39,238 bases of DNA. Source: a virus. Lineage: Duplodnaviria; Caudoviricetes. This document shows, in pieces, positions 16,662-25,408 of the stretch. The notes under the pieces were generated by a model. The model saw only the letters and a list, made by a program, of their open reading frames with translations, searched no databases and was not told where the DNA came from. A program made the translations under genes and the position numbers. Position 1 is the first letter of the stretch, and every line of letters begins with the position of its first letter. The stretch is taken from positions 1-39,238 of the IMG/VR virus record IMGVR_UViG_3300033168_000004. One strand, 5' to 3'.

Positions 16662-16946
16662 ATGACCTGGACCCGCCCGAAGGAAAGTCCTGCTAGTCGC
16701 GGCTACGGCACCCCCCACCGCAGAGCACGCGCCGCCGCCATGGCAAAGCTCAAGCGCGCAGGGAGCGGCACCTGTTGCCTCTGCGGCGCACCCATCCACC
16801 ACACCATGGGCAGCAACCTCCACCTAGACCACAACCCGGACGGCAACGGCTACCGGGGACTGGCGTGTGCCCGCTGCAACATCAGCGACGGGGCACGCCG
16901 TGGCAAGGCAGCACAGACACGACCACGCACCACGCTTGAGTGGTAA
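16662..16946 (+). CDS. Terminase-associated HNH endonuclease
   Basis: RGYG..H...R, CCLC, HLDH and CARCN; immediately upstream of the small terminase. Confidence 0.85.
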   Translation: MTWTRPKESPASRGYGTPHRRARAAAMAKLKRAGSGTCCLCGAPIHHTMGSNLHLDHNPDGNGYRGLACARCNISDGARRGKAAQTRPRTTLEW

Positions 16947-17058
16947 GGGCCGAGGGCGCCGTCAGATCCGAACGCCGTTTTTTGCCGGCAGGCCGAAACT
17001 ACCCGCTACGAGTCCCCCTTCTCTCTCCGAGTGATCTTGTGTCCTACCTGGGGGTGCC
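16947..17058. other. Possible cos / packaging-initiation region
   Basis: Non-coding gap between HNH and small terminase with a T6 run and pyrimidine tract; positional inference only. Confidence 0.3.
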
Positions 17059-17445
17059 GTGCAGCGTCCTTGTGGGTCGTGCGGTGAGCCGTTTGAGGCT
17101 AAGCGCAGCGATGCGGTGTTCTGCGGTCCCCGGTGTACGAAGCGGGCACAGCGAGGACACAAGGCACCTGTGAGCCGTCCTACGTCGCTCCCGGTACTGG
17201 AGGGTGGCAAAGCGGTCGCGAGCGTCCGAGCGGAGCTTGAGGGCGCTGGCAGGGTGGACACCTACTTGGGCGCTCTGGCCCTGGTCCTTGCGGAGCGGAT
17301 CGATGGCTCGACGGCGGTCATGGGTTTCGCGGCGCTGGCGAAGGAGCTGCGGGTGACGATGGACGCGGCGCTGGCAGGTGTGACGGTCGCGGCCGATCCA
17401 GTGGATGAGTTGAGGACGAGACGTGACAGCAAACGCGCAGGGTAG
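17059..17445 (+). CDS. terS: Terminase small subunit
   Basis: N-terminal zinc finger; LA..ID, A.L.KELR and DPVDELR.RR; upstream of TerL. Confidence 0.8.
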   Translation: MQRPCGSCGEPFEAKRSDAVFCGPRCTKRAQRGHKAPVSRPTSLPVLEGGKAVASVRAELEGAGRVDTYLGALALVLAERIDGSTAVMGFAALAKELRVTMDAALAGVTVAADPVDELRTRRDSKRAG

Positions 17446-17559
17446 GCATGTCAGTCGGCGCTCACCGGCCTGGGACTGGCTCACCCGCCCTAGGTTCTCC
17501 AGCCTTGAGTACGTCGGTTGCTACCTCGCGGCGACGGTGATCGCGCATCAGGCTTGGCC

Positions 17560-18972
17560 GTGGTAACTGACCTACTGGTCGAGCCGGCGTTCGGTACCGG
17601 TCCGGCGTTCACGCGCACGCTCGGCCCGGAGGTTGCGGACCTGTCGGAGCTCGCCAGCTTCACGCCGGACCCGGAGCAGCGGCTGGCGCTGGATGCGATC
17701 TTCGCGATGCGCTCGGCGCCGAGCAACAAGGCGGCGGCGTTCGAGGTCGCGGTGATTGCGCCTCGGCAGAACATCAAGACGTCGCTGTTCAAGCAGTGCG
17801 CGCTTGGGTGGCTGTTCATCACTGACCAGCGGCTGGTTGTCTGGTCCGCGCACGAGTTCGCGACCAGCAAGGAGGCACACCGTGACCTTGTGGAGCTGAT
17901 CGAGGGCTCGGATGTGTTGCGGAAACGGATCAAGACGATCCACCGGGCGAACGGTGACGAGGGCATTGAGCTGGTCACCGGCCAGCGGGTGAACTTCAAG
18001 GCCCGCACGAAGACCGGCGGTCGTGGTCTGTCCGGCGATAAAGTCGTGCTCGATGAGGCGTTCGCGTTGCAGGACACGCACATGGCGTCGCTGATCCCGC
18101 TGATGTCGGTTCGCCCCGATCCGCAGGTGCTGTACGGCTCAAGCGCCGGCCTGATGGCCTCGGAAGTGCTGCGGGAAGTCCGGGACCGCGGGCGTGCCGG
18201 GTTGGACCCGTCACTGGCCTACATCGAGTGGTGCGACGACCTGCCCGGTGACTGTGACGCCCAGCGGTGCTCGCATGCTGTGGGCTCCCGTGGCTGCCGT
18301 CTGGATGACCAGCGGCGTTGGGGCCGGGCGAACAGTCAGATGGGCCGGCGGATGACCGTTGACTACCTTGAAGCTGAGCGCCGGATGCTCCCCCCGGCTG
18401 AGTTCGGCCGGGAGCGGCTGGGCTGGTGGGATGAGTCCGAGGACGTCTCCACCGCCCTCGACGCGCAAGCCTGGTACGCCCTGGCCGATGCCGGCGCGGA
18501 GCGTTCGGGGGTGCCGACGTTCGCGGTGGCTACTGCCCCGGACCGTTCGTGGACGGCTGTGGCGGTCGCGTGGATGCGCCCGGACGGTGCGGCGCAGGTG
18601 ATGCTCGCGGACTACCGGCAGGGCGCCGCGTGGGTGCCTGAGCGGCTGGTGGAGCTGCGGCAGCGTTGGGGCGGCAGGGTGTTGGCGGACAACGCGGCTC
18701 GCGGTCTGGTCCCGGATGCGGTTGAGCCGTCGACGGACGATCTGGCGCAGGCACACAACGCGCTCGCGGACGCCATCGAGGCCAAGCAGGTCCGGCACGG
18801 TGACGAGCCGGCGATGAATGTGGCGGTCCGGGCTGCTCGGTGGCGGGCGCAGGGCAACACCCGCGTCCTGGACAGGAAGGGGGCGGCGGACATCAGCCCG
18901 ATCTGCGCCGCTGCGATGGCTGTTGACGACCAGCTCCACGCCTACGTGGATGTGTCCGGGAGTGTGTGGTGA
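17560..18972 (+). CDS. terL: Terminase large subunit
   Basis: PRQNIKT (Walker A variant), GRGLSGD.VVLDEA (Walker B), F.RERLGWW and DISP; start uncertain (17518-17560). Confidence 0.92.
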   Translation: MVTDLLVEPAFGTGPAFTRTLGPEVADLSELASFTPDPEQRLALDAIFAMRSAPSNKAAAFEVAVIAPRQNIKTSLFKQCALGWLFITDQRLVVWSAHEFATSKEAHRDLVELIEGSDVLRKRIKTIHRANGDEGIELVTGQRVNFKARTKTGGRGLSGDKVVLDEAFALQDTHMASLIPLMSVRPDPQVLYGSSAGLMASEVLREVRDRGRAGLDPSLAYIEWCDDLPGDCDAQRCSHAVGSRGCRLDDQRRWGRANSQMGRRMTVDYLEAERRMLPPAEFGRERLGWWDESEDVSTALDAQAWYALADAGAERSGVPTFAVATAPDRSWTAVAVAWMRPDGAAQVMLADYRQGAAWVPERLVELRQRWGGRVLADNAARGLVPDAVEPSTDDLAQAHNALADAIEAKQVRHGDEPAMNVAVRAARWRAQGNTRVLDRKGAADISPICAAAMAVDDQLHAYVDVSGSVW

Positions 18973-18980
18973 GGAGTCCG

Positions 18981-19163
18981 ATGACCCCGAAGTGGCGGGG
19001 GTCGCCTGTCTGCGCTGGCGTCTCAGCGCAAGTGACTGCCTACCTACGGCTCGCGCAGGGCATCGTCGCTCTGCTGTTGATCTGTGTCGGGGTGGCGTTG
19101 TGGTCCATCCCCGCCGCGCTTGTCGTCGGTGGCGTCCTGCTGCTCGTTGACCGCCTGACCTGA
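18981..19163 (+). CDS. Small membrane protein
   Basis: GAGGAG RBS; two hydrophobic helices. Confidence 0.65.
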   Translation: MTPKWRGSPVCAGVSAQVTAYLRLAQGIVALLLICVGVALWSIPAALVVGGVLLLVDRLT

Positions 19164-19191
19164 CCCGCTTACCCAACCCTTGGAGTTCGCT

Positions 19192-19590
19192 GTGCCGATC
19201 CTGACCTCTCCTGCGTTGCCCGCTCAGGCACTTGCCGCCGCCGACGTGGTGACCGTCATCGGGACGTTTGAGCCCGCTGACGACTCCGGCTTGGGCGTGG
19301 CCCGAGTTGTCGTTACTCCCCCGCCGGGGTACGCGACGGTGACGGGCTCGGCGGCGCCGAACAACGCGCAGATCAACGTCCGCCAGCTTCGCGCTGGCGC
19401 GGTCTTGACGTCCCTTGCCACGTTGGTTCTCGCACCCGGTACGAATCTCGCCGCCGAATCCCCCATCGCCATCCCCATCATGACCAGCCCTGCGCTGCAG
19501 CAGGATGACGTCGTGGACGTGGTCCTGCACCAGAACGGCACCGGCTTGGCGATCCCCGCCGGCCTCGTTGTCGAGGTCGACGTCGCGTAG
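19192..19590 (+). CDS. Hypothetical beta-rich protein, possibly structural
   Basis: GGAG RBS before GTG; located between TerL and portal. Confidence 0.65.
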   Translation: MPILTSPALPAQALAAADVVTVIGTFEPADDSGLGVARVVVTPPPGYATVTGSAAPNNAQINVRQLRAGAVLTSLATLVLAPGTNLAAESPIAIPIMTSPALQQDDVVDVVLHQNGTGLAIPAGLVVEVDVA

Positions 19591-19640
19591 CAACCCACCC
19601 GTCCCCGTCGCTGTAGTTCTGTCTTAGCCGAGGGGGTGTC

Positions 19641-20897
19641 GTGGGGATCTTCCTCGGTCGTGAAGTCCGCCTCACCTCCACCTTCCCCGAGCCGGTCGTG
19701 CCGCCATTCCGGGGCGCGAACGTCACCGGCAGCAGCTACTCCGCGACCGCATCACCGGATGAGGCGCTGTGCGTCCCGACCGTATGGGCGTGCGTCGGGC
19801 TGATCGCGAACGCCGTCAGCATGCTCCCGCTCGATGCGTACCGGCGAACCGCCGACGTGCCCGTGAAGCTCCCCGAGCTGCCTTTGCTGCAGCAGCCGTT
19901 CGCGGACATGACGCAGGCCGAGTGGATGCACATGCTCCTCGTGAGCCTGCTCCTACGCGGCAACGGCATCGGTCGCATCCTCAGCCGGGACAAGAACATG
20001 CAGATCCCCACGTCGATGCAGCTCCTCAACCCCGACCGTGTCCGTATCAAGATGGGCGACGGCGGAAAGCTGAGCTACACCCTGACCGACAACGGCAAAG
20101 ACATCCCGATCCCGTTCGAGGACGTCTGGCACGTCCGTGGGATGACGATGCCCGGCGCACGGGTCGGCCTGAGCCCCATCGCCTACGCCGCCGCGACCCT
20201 CGGCGTGGACCTCGCCGCCCGTCAGTTCGCCGCTGACTTCTTCGCAGGCGGCGGCTTGCCCAAGGCCGTCCTTGAGTCTGACCAGCCCATCAACCAGGAG
20301 CAGTCCCGCACCATCAAGGACCGGCTGTTAGCCGCGACGATGCGCCGCGAACCGGCTGTGCTCGGCGCTGGTCTGAAGTACACCAAGATCTCCGTCAACC
20401 CGGAAGAGTCGCAGTTCCTCCTGACGCACCACATGACCGTCAGCGAGGTCGCCCGCTTCTTCCACGTCCCCGCCGGGATGGTCGGCGGGTCCGAGGGCGG
20501 GTCGATGACCTACGCGAACGTCGAGCAGCGGTCGCTGGACTTCCTCGTCCACTGCGTGCAGCCGTGGCTCCAGCGGATTGAGCAGGCCATCAGCGCCCTT
20601 CTCCCGGCATCGACCTACGTCCGGTTCGACACCAGCGTCCTGCTGCGCACCGACGCGGAGACGCAAGCCAAAGTCGCCGTGCAGCACCTCGCCGGCAAGG
20701 TGCTCACCCCAACCGAGGTTCGGGCGTCCCTGAACCTCCCGCCGATGACCGAGGCGCAGAAGGCCGAAGCCGACCTTGTCCCGTTGACGATCACCCCACT
20801 GGGGTCCGCGAAGGCCCTCCCGGCGCTGCACGAGCTACCCGGCCCGGTCGCCCCCGTCCCTGCCCACGATCCTCAAGGAGCGACGAATGCTGCCTGA
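19641..20897 (+). CDS. Portal protein (HK97 family)
   Basis: VWACV..IA..VS.LP, LLLRGN, GLSPI, P.ESQFL and YANVEQ. Confidence 0.95.
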   Translation: MGIFLGREVRLTSTFPEPVVPPFRGANVTGSSYSATASPDEALCVPTVWACVGLIANAVSMLPLDAYRRTADVPVKLPELPLLQQPFADMTQAEWMHMLLVSLLLRGNGIGRILSRDKNMQIPTSMQLLNPDRVRIKMGDGGKLSYTLTDNGKDIPIPFEDVWHVRGMTMPGARVGLSPIAYAAATLGVDLAARQFAADFFAGGGLPKAVLESDQPINQEQSRTIKDRLLAATMRREPAVLGAGLKYTKISVNPEESQFLLTHHMTVSEVARFFHVPAGMVGGSEGGSMTYANVEQRSLDFLVHCVQPWLQRIEQAISALLPASTYVRFDTSVLLRTDAETQAKVAVQHLAGKVLTPTEVRASLNLPPMTEAQKAEADLVPLTITPLGSAKALPALHELPGPVAPVPAHDPQGATNAA

Positions 20898-21696
20898 CGT
20901 GACAGCACGCGGCACCGAGGCCGTCGGCCCGGTCCACCGTTCCTACCCCGCCTCGTTCGAGGTCCGTTCCCTCGGCAACGCGAAGGTCGAGCTCGTCGGC
21001 TACGCCTCCAGCTACGGGCAGCCCTACGAGATGTACGACATGTTCGGTGCCTACACCGAGGTCGCCCGCGCCGGGATGTGTGCGAAGACGCTCGCGGACA
21101 GCGCCGACGTCGCCTACCTCGCGAACCACGCCGGCCTGACTCTCGCCCGGTCCAAGTCCGGCACTTTGCGGCTGTCTGAGGACAGCACCGGCTTGCACAC
21201 CGCCGCGACCCTGAACACCGCCCGGTCCGACGCCCGCGACCTCGTCACCGCGATCGAGGACGGTGACGTCGACCAGATGAGCTTCGGGTTCCGTGTCGTC
21301 AAGCAGGAATGGTCCCCGGACTTCTCCCAGCGCGATCTGGTCGAGGTCAACCTGGACCGCGGCGACGTGAGCGCTGTCAACTTCGGGGCGAACCCGGAGA
21401 CGATGGTCGGGGTGCAGCGGGCGTTCCGTTCCGCTCGGCCCGCGACGCTGCACCGGATGGCGGTGGAGATCCGCACCGGCAAGACGCTGTCGGGCGCGAC
21501 GATGGAGACGTTGTCAAAGGTGCTGGACCTCATTGCCTCGGCCGATGACTCCGTCGACCAGGCACAGCCGTTACTCGCGGACCTGATGGGCGTTCCGAAC
21601 CCGGACAAGGACGCCGCCCGGTCCGTGGCTCGGCTCGACGTGCTGCGGCGCCGGCACGAACACGAACGCACCCCACGCAGCCCCCACCTGACCTGA
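20887..21696 (+). CDS. Prohead protease (HK97 family)
   Basis: GYAS, L.NH, L.EDSTGL, MSFGF and DVSAV...ANP.T. Confidence 0.92.
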   Translation: MLPDVTARGTEAVGPVHRSYPASFEVRSLGNAKVELVGYASSYGQPYEMYDMFGAYTEVARAGMCAKTLADSADVAYLANHAGLTLARSKSGTLRLSEDSTGLHTAATLNTARSDARDLVTAIEDGDVDQMSFGFRVVKQEWSPDFSQRDLVEVNLDRGDVSAVNFGANPETMVGVQRAFRSARPATLHRMAVEIRTGKTLSGATMETLSKVLDLIASADDSVDQAQPLLADLMGVPNPDKDAARSVARLDVLRRRHEHERTPRSPHLT

Positions 21697-21709
21697 CCGT
21701 CCCAAGACA

Positions 21710-21824
21710 TCGCGGCCCGAACTGGGCACCTGTAGGAGTTCGAATCTCCTGCACACCGGATGCGGCCGCATTGCTCGGTGTGCAGTCCGGCTAGGCCGTT
21801 CGAGTCGGCGCCGGGCCGCGACCA
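21710..21824 (+). ncRNA. Putative tRNA-like structured RNA with two T-arms and 3' ACCA
   Basis: Outer stem TCGCGGCCCG/CGGGCCGCGA followed by CCA; AGGAG-TTCGAAT-CTCCT; GCACACCG/CGGTGTGC; GCCG-TTCGAGT-CGGC. No anticodon arm. Confidence 0.55.
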
Positions 21825-21831
21825 ACTACTT

Positions 21832-21945
21832 CCCGCCGGGCCGATGCCACTGCGGGTCGCTGTGCTGCACGCACATGCCGGGACCGAGCCGCGGAGCGAA
21901 CACAGCCCGCACTCGTGGACACCACCTGATGTGCCGCACAGCAGT
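21832..21945 (+). promoter_or_regulatory. Structured leader of the capsid gene
   Basis: Hairpin CCCGC..GGC-cgat-GCC..GCGGG, then nested stems GCTGTGC/GCACAGC, GCACAT/ATGTGC and CGAG-cc-GCGG/CCGC-a-CTCG. Confidence 0.45.
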
Positions 21946-21977
21946 CGCCCCACCCACCCAGAACAAGGAGCACTGCT

Positions 21978-23399
21978 GTGACACCTCTCGAGATCATGGA
22001 GGCTCGGCTGACCGAGCTTCGCAAGCAGAGCGAGACGCTGTACGACCAGCGCGGCGCCCTGCTCGACACCGCCGCCGCGGAGAAGCGCGGCGCCACCGTC
22101 GACGAGTTCGCGAAGTACGACGACCTGACGACCAAGCGGTCCGCTGTGGAGCGCGAGATCGGCCCGGTCGCGGAACGCGTCAACGAACTGCGCGAGCAGG
22201 CCAAGCGCAATGAGGTCGCTGACGTGGCCCGTGCCGCCGCCGGCGAGCCCGAGGCGCACCGTTCCCCCGCGACCGTCAAGGACCCGGAGGTCTACGCCAA
22301 GGGCAACGGCCAGCGGTCGTTCTTCCGCGACGCCGCCCGAGCGAACGTCCTCGGTGACCGCGAGGCCGGTGAGCGGCTCGTCAAGCACGCACGGGCGATG
22401 GCCGACACCCCTGAGCAGCGCGCACTGGGCAACACGAACACCACGGGTGGTTCCGGCGGCGAGCTGGCCCCCCCGCTGTGGCTCGTCGCGGACTACATCA
22501 AGCTCGCCCGCGCCGGCCGTGTCACCGCCGACCTGTTTCACAAGAGTGACGTGCCGATGGGCGTGTCATCCGTCAACATCCCCAAGATCATGACGGGGAC
22601 GGCGACGGCGGTCCAGAGCACGCAGAACACCGCTCTGGCGCAGGTCGACATGACGACCGGCTTCGTCGGGACCGGCTTCACGACCATCGGCGGCAAGGAA
22701 GTCGTTTCGCAGCAGATCCTGGACCAGTCCGCGATCAACTTCGATGACCTCATCACCGCCGACCTCGCCGCTGACTACGCCATCCGCATCGGCACGCAGG
22801 TGCTGCTCGGCCCGGGAACGGGCGCGAACAACAACAGCGTCGTCAACGGCCTGTTCAACGCCGCCGTCCCCGCCGCAAACCAGATCACCTACACGGCCAC
22901 CGGGGTGGGCGTCACTGCGGCGGCGTTCTACAGCAAGTGCGCGGGTGCGCTGTCCGCGTTCGCGACCAACCGCTTCGCGCAGCCCACCGTGTGGGTCATG
23001 CACCCGCGGCGCTGGTACTGGCTGCTCGCGCAGACCGACAGCACCGGCCGACCGCTCGTCGTCCCGAACGCCGTTGCCTACAACCCGATGGCAACCAACG
23101 CGGTGCAGGACGCCGTTGCCGGCCCGGTCGGGATGTTCCTCGGCCTGCCCGTCGTCATCGACCCGCTCATCAGCACGACCCTCGGTGCAGGTGCGAACCA
23201 GGACCGGGTGTATCTGCTGAAGGCCGATGACCTGTGGCTGTTCGAGAGCCCCGTGACCGCCGAGGTGTTCCGCGAGCCCTACGCCGACTCGATGGGCGTG
23301 CTATTTAGGTTGTACGCCTATGTGGGTACGGTGCTCAATAGGCAGGCGTTCAGCATTGCTTACGTGGACGGTAGTGGATTGTCGGCACCTACCTTTTAG
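21978..23399 (+). CDS. Major capsid protein (HK97 fold, N-terminal coiled-coil delta domain)
   Basis: AAGGAG RBS; GGELAPP, S.Q.LDQS, MHPRRW..L...DSTGRP and LGLPVV.D. Confidence 0.95.
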   Translation: MTPLEIMEARLTELRKQSETLYDQRGALLDTAAAEKRGATVDEFAKYDDLTTKRSAVEREIGPVAERVNELREQAKRNEVADVARAAAGEPEAHRSPATVKDPEVYAKGNGQRSFFRDAARANVLGDREAGERLVKHARAMADTPEQRALGNTNTTGGSGGELAPPLWLVADYIKLARAGRVTADLFHKSDVPMGVSSVNIPKIMTGTATAVQSTQNTALAQVDMTTGFVGTGFTTIGGKEVVSQQILDQSAINFDDLITADLAADYAIRIGTQVLLGPGTGANNNSVVNGLFNAAVPAANQITYTATGVGVTAAAFYSKCAGALSAFATNRFAQPTVWVMHPRRWYWLLAQTDSTGRPLVVPNAVAYNPMATNAVQDAVAGPVGMFLGLPVVIDPLISTTLGAGANQDRVYLLKADDLWLFESPVTAEVFREPYADSMGVLFRLYAYVGTVLNRQAFSIAYVDGSGLSAPTF

Positions 23400-23411
23400 T
23401 TCTCCGTAACG

Positions 23412-23463
23412 TGGTAAGATGGGGTCGTAAGAGAGGCCCCCGGTGGCGCAACTGCCGGGGGCC
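23412..23463 (+). promoter_or_regulatory. Extended -10 promoter and GC-rich leader hairpin of the HNH gene
   Basis: TG-G-TAAGAT at 23412-23420; GGCCCCCGGTGG-cgcaa-CTGCCGGGGGCC at 23435-23463. Confidence 0.55.
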
Positions 23464-23495
23464 CCCCATCGACACCGATCTAGCGGAGACCAGCA

Positions 23496-24143
23496 ATGTC
23501 GAAGCGCACGATCTGTACCGCCTGTGGAATATCCATCCCTTACAACGGGGTGGGACGACCCGCCGCTCGGTGCCCGGACTGCAGGGAACGGGATCGTGCC
23601 TGTGCGGTTGAGGGTTGTGCCCGTAAGGCGATGGGCCGCAAGCTTGTGTGCACGATGCACGGAAAGCGCATGGCGGCGACAGGTCAGTATGGATCCCCCA
23701 GCGCTCTCCGTCAGTACGGCACACCTAACAACATCCGTCCTGCTCCTGGTGAGCGCGGTGTGTGCTCAGTGGACGAATGCGAGCAAGAGCACCGGCTGAA
23801 CGGCTACTGCCAGATGCATGCGGCGCGGTTGCGGACGACCGGCGACCTCGGCGCAGTCGAGCGAAAGATCGCACGCAAGGACGAAGGCGACTGGTTTCTC
23901 GACAACCGTGGATACCGAGTTCGGCTTCGCAATGGCGGCAGGCAACTTGAGCACCGCTTCGTGATGGAGCAGCACCTCGGTCGGCCGCTCTGGTCCGACG
24001 AGTCGGTCCATCACGTCAACGGCAAACGTGACGACAACCGGATCGAGAACCTGCAGCTAAGGCAAGGCGCGCACGGCAAGGGTGCCGCCTTCAAGTGCGG
24101 TGATTGCGGTTCCACGAACGTCCAGGCGATACGCCTCCATTAG
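23496..24143 (+). CDS. Free-standing HNH homing endonuclease with N-terminal zinc-finger repeats
   Basis: EHRFVME.HLGR.L...[16 protein letters not shown]; two C....C....C..H..R repeats; GGAG RBS. Confidence 0.9.
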   Translation: MSKRTICTACGISIPYNGVGRPAARCPDCRERDRACAVEGCARKAMGRKLVCTMHGKRMAATGQYGSPSALRQYGTPNNIRPAPGERGVCSVDECEQEHRLNGYCQMHAARLRTTGDLGAVERKIARKDEGDWFLDNRGYRVRLRNGGRQLEHRFVMEQHLGRPLWSDESVHHVNGKRDDNRIENLQLRQGAHGKGAAFKCGDCGSTNVQAIRLH

Positions 24144-24190
24144 CCACCCCTTCGGGGGCGGAACAAAACCCAACCCCGAAGGAGTACGTC

Positions 24191-24541
24191 ATGGCTGAGC
24201 ACTACACGCAGGTCGCGGATGAGGGTCGGCTGGTCCGTGCGGACCAGGACGGCGCCGTGGACGAGGCCCGCAAGCTGCACCACCTCGCGACCGGCGACCC
24301 GGAGCCGGAGCGCAAGGACGGTCTCCTCACTGGGCCGGCGCACGAGCAGAAGTACGGGTTGGAGCGGCAGCAGGACAGCGCCGCGCTGTGGCGTGCTTCC
24401 GGTGTCCACCCGACCGAGAACCGGGCGCTCGTCGGTGACGAGGACGGCGCCGAGAACGTGCGCGGTGCGGCGCCACTGGAGACGGCGGCTGTCCCGGCCG
24501 CACCGGAGAACACGGCAGCACCCCGCGCCGCAACGCCGTAG
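24191..24541 (+). CDS. Hypothetical head-associated protein
   Basis: GAAGGAG RBS; ETAA...PE..AAPR tail typical of genes after the capsid gene. Confidence 0.7.
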   Translation: MAEHYTQVADEGRLVRADQDGAVDEARKLHHLATGDPEPERKDGLLTGPAHEQKYGLERQQDSAALWRASGVHPTENRALVGDEDGAENVRGAAPLETAAVPAAPENTAAPRAATP

Positions 24542-24546
24542 TACGC

Positions 24547-24583
24547 CGCGGTAGGGGTCGTCTTCATGGCGGTCCCTACCGCG
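24547..24583 (+). terminator. Stem-loop, terminator or processing/stabilising hairpin
   Basis: CGCGGTAGGG...CCCTACCGCG; no U-tract. Confidence 0.5.
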
Positions 24584-24617
24584 AGCACCCGCATCCCCAC
24601 GAGGCTAGGAGGCTGCG

Positions 24618-25226
24618 GTGGCCCTGGCGACGCTCGCGGACATCCACGCACATCTCAACATCCCCGTCGCGGACACCTCTCATGACGTGGAGCTGCAAGG
24701 CTTCCTCGACGCGGCGACTGCCACGATCACCTACGCAACGGGGCCGCAGGCCGCGACGACGTTCACCGAGACGCGTGACGGCGGCGGATCGGTCATCATG
24801 CTCGACAACCCGCCGATCCTGTCCATCACCAGCGTGACGGAGTTCTGGACACCGGCCGGGCAAGTACTGACCGCCCAGCAGCTCGGTAGCGGGAACTACT
24901 CGACTTACGGCTACTCGCTGGACGATCCGGTGTCAGGGAAGCTGACCCGCCGGACGGCTGGTGGCTTCGCGTCGACGTTTCTCGGTGGCCGGGGCAGCGT
25001 CGTGATCGTCTACATCGCCGGTACCGCAGCGACCGCACCTGACGTGCGTCTCGCTGCCCTTGAGGACATCCGCGGCTTGTACCAGCAGACGCAGCAGGGC
25101 AGGTCTGTCGGTGGCGGCGCTATCGGTTCCAACAGCGAGGACCAGTGGTCCGCCGGCCCGATGCACCTGTTCCCGCGGTTGGCGAACCTGTTGGGCGGGC
25201 CTAGCCGGACGCAGAGCGTCGGGTGA
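24618..25226 (+). CDS. Head-tail connector (adaptor) protein
   Basis: LATLADI.AHLN.....D.ELQ.FLDAAT, Y.AG and DVRLAAL; position. Confidence 0.8.
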   Translation: MALATLADIHAHLNIPVADTSHDVELQGFLDAATATITYATGPQAATTFTETRDGGGSVIMLDNPPILSITSVTEFWTPAGQVLTAQQLGSGNYSTYGYSLDDPVSGKLTRRTAGGFASTFLGGRGSVVIVYIAGTAATAPDVRLAALEDIRGLYQQTQQGRSVGGGAIGSNSEDQWSAGPMHLFPRLANLLGGPSRTQSVG

Positions 25227-25408
25227 CCGTGACGATGGCAGACAAACTGCAAGCGGCCCGGCAGCTAACGGATCAAGCGCTTAAAGCGGCTGAAGCGGCA
25301 GAGCGGGTTGCTCAATCCGCGTGGGCAACCTACGCGGCGGCGCTGGATGCGGAATCGGACGCCGTACTTCAAGCAGTTGTCCGTGACGACACCAGGGCCC
25401 AGCAGTGA
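25223..25408 (+). CDS. Small helical hypothetical protein
   Basis: GTGA overlaps at both ends; more A/T-ending codons than neighbours. Confidence 0.5.
   Translation: MTVTMADKLQAARQLTDQALKAAEAAERVAQSAWATYAAALDAESDAVLQAVVRDDTRAQQ

Noticed and set aside
17446-17559. Intron or extra gene between terS and terL
   Set aside because: Only short ORFs (30 and 9 codons) and no recognisable intron structure; treated as an uncertain terL start region.
18211-19593. Long minus-strand ORFs (also 21114-22541, 26027-27190, 29523-30683, 32863-34302, 34071-35207)
   Set aside because: Antisense shadows of high-GC3 genes; no RBS, promoter or recognisable motifs.
21710-21824. Canonical tRNA gene
   Set aside because: No anticodon arm, two T-arms and non-standard acceptor spacing; reported as a tRNA-like RNA instead.
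21760-21981. 73-aa ORF in the protease-capsid gap
   Set aside because: No RBS and Pro/Ser/His-rich product; the region is better explained by RNA structure.
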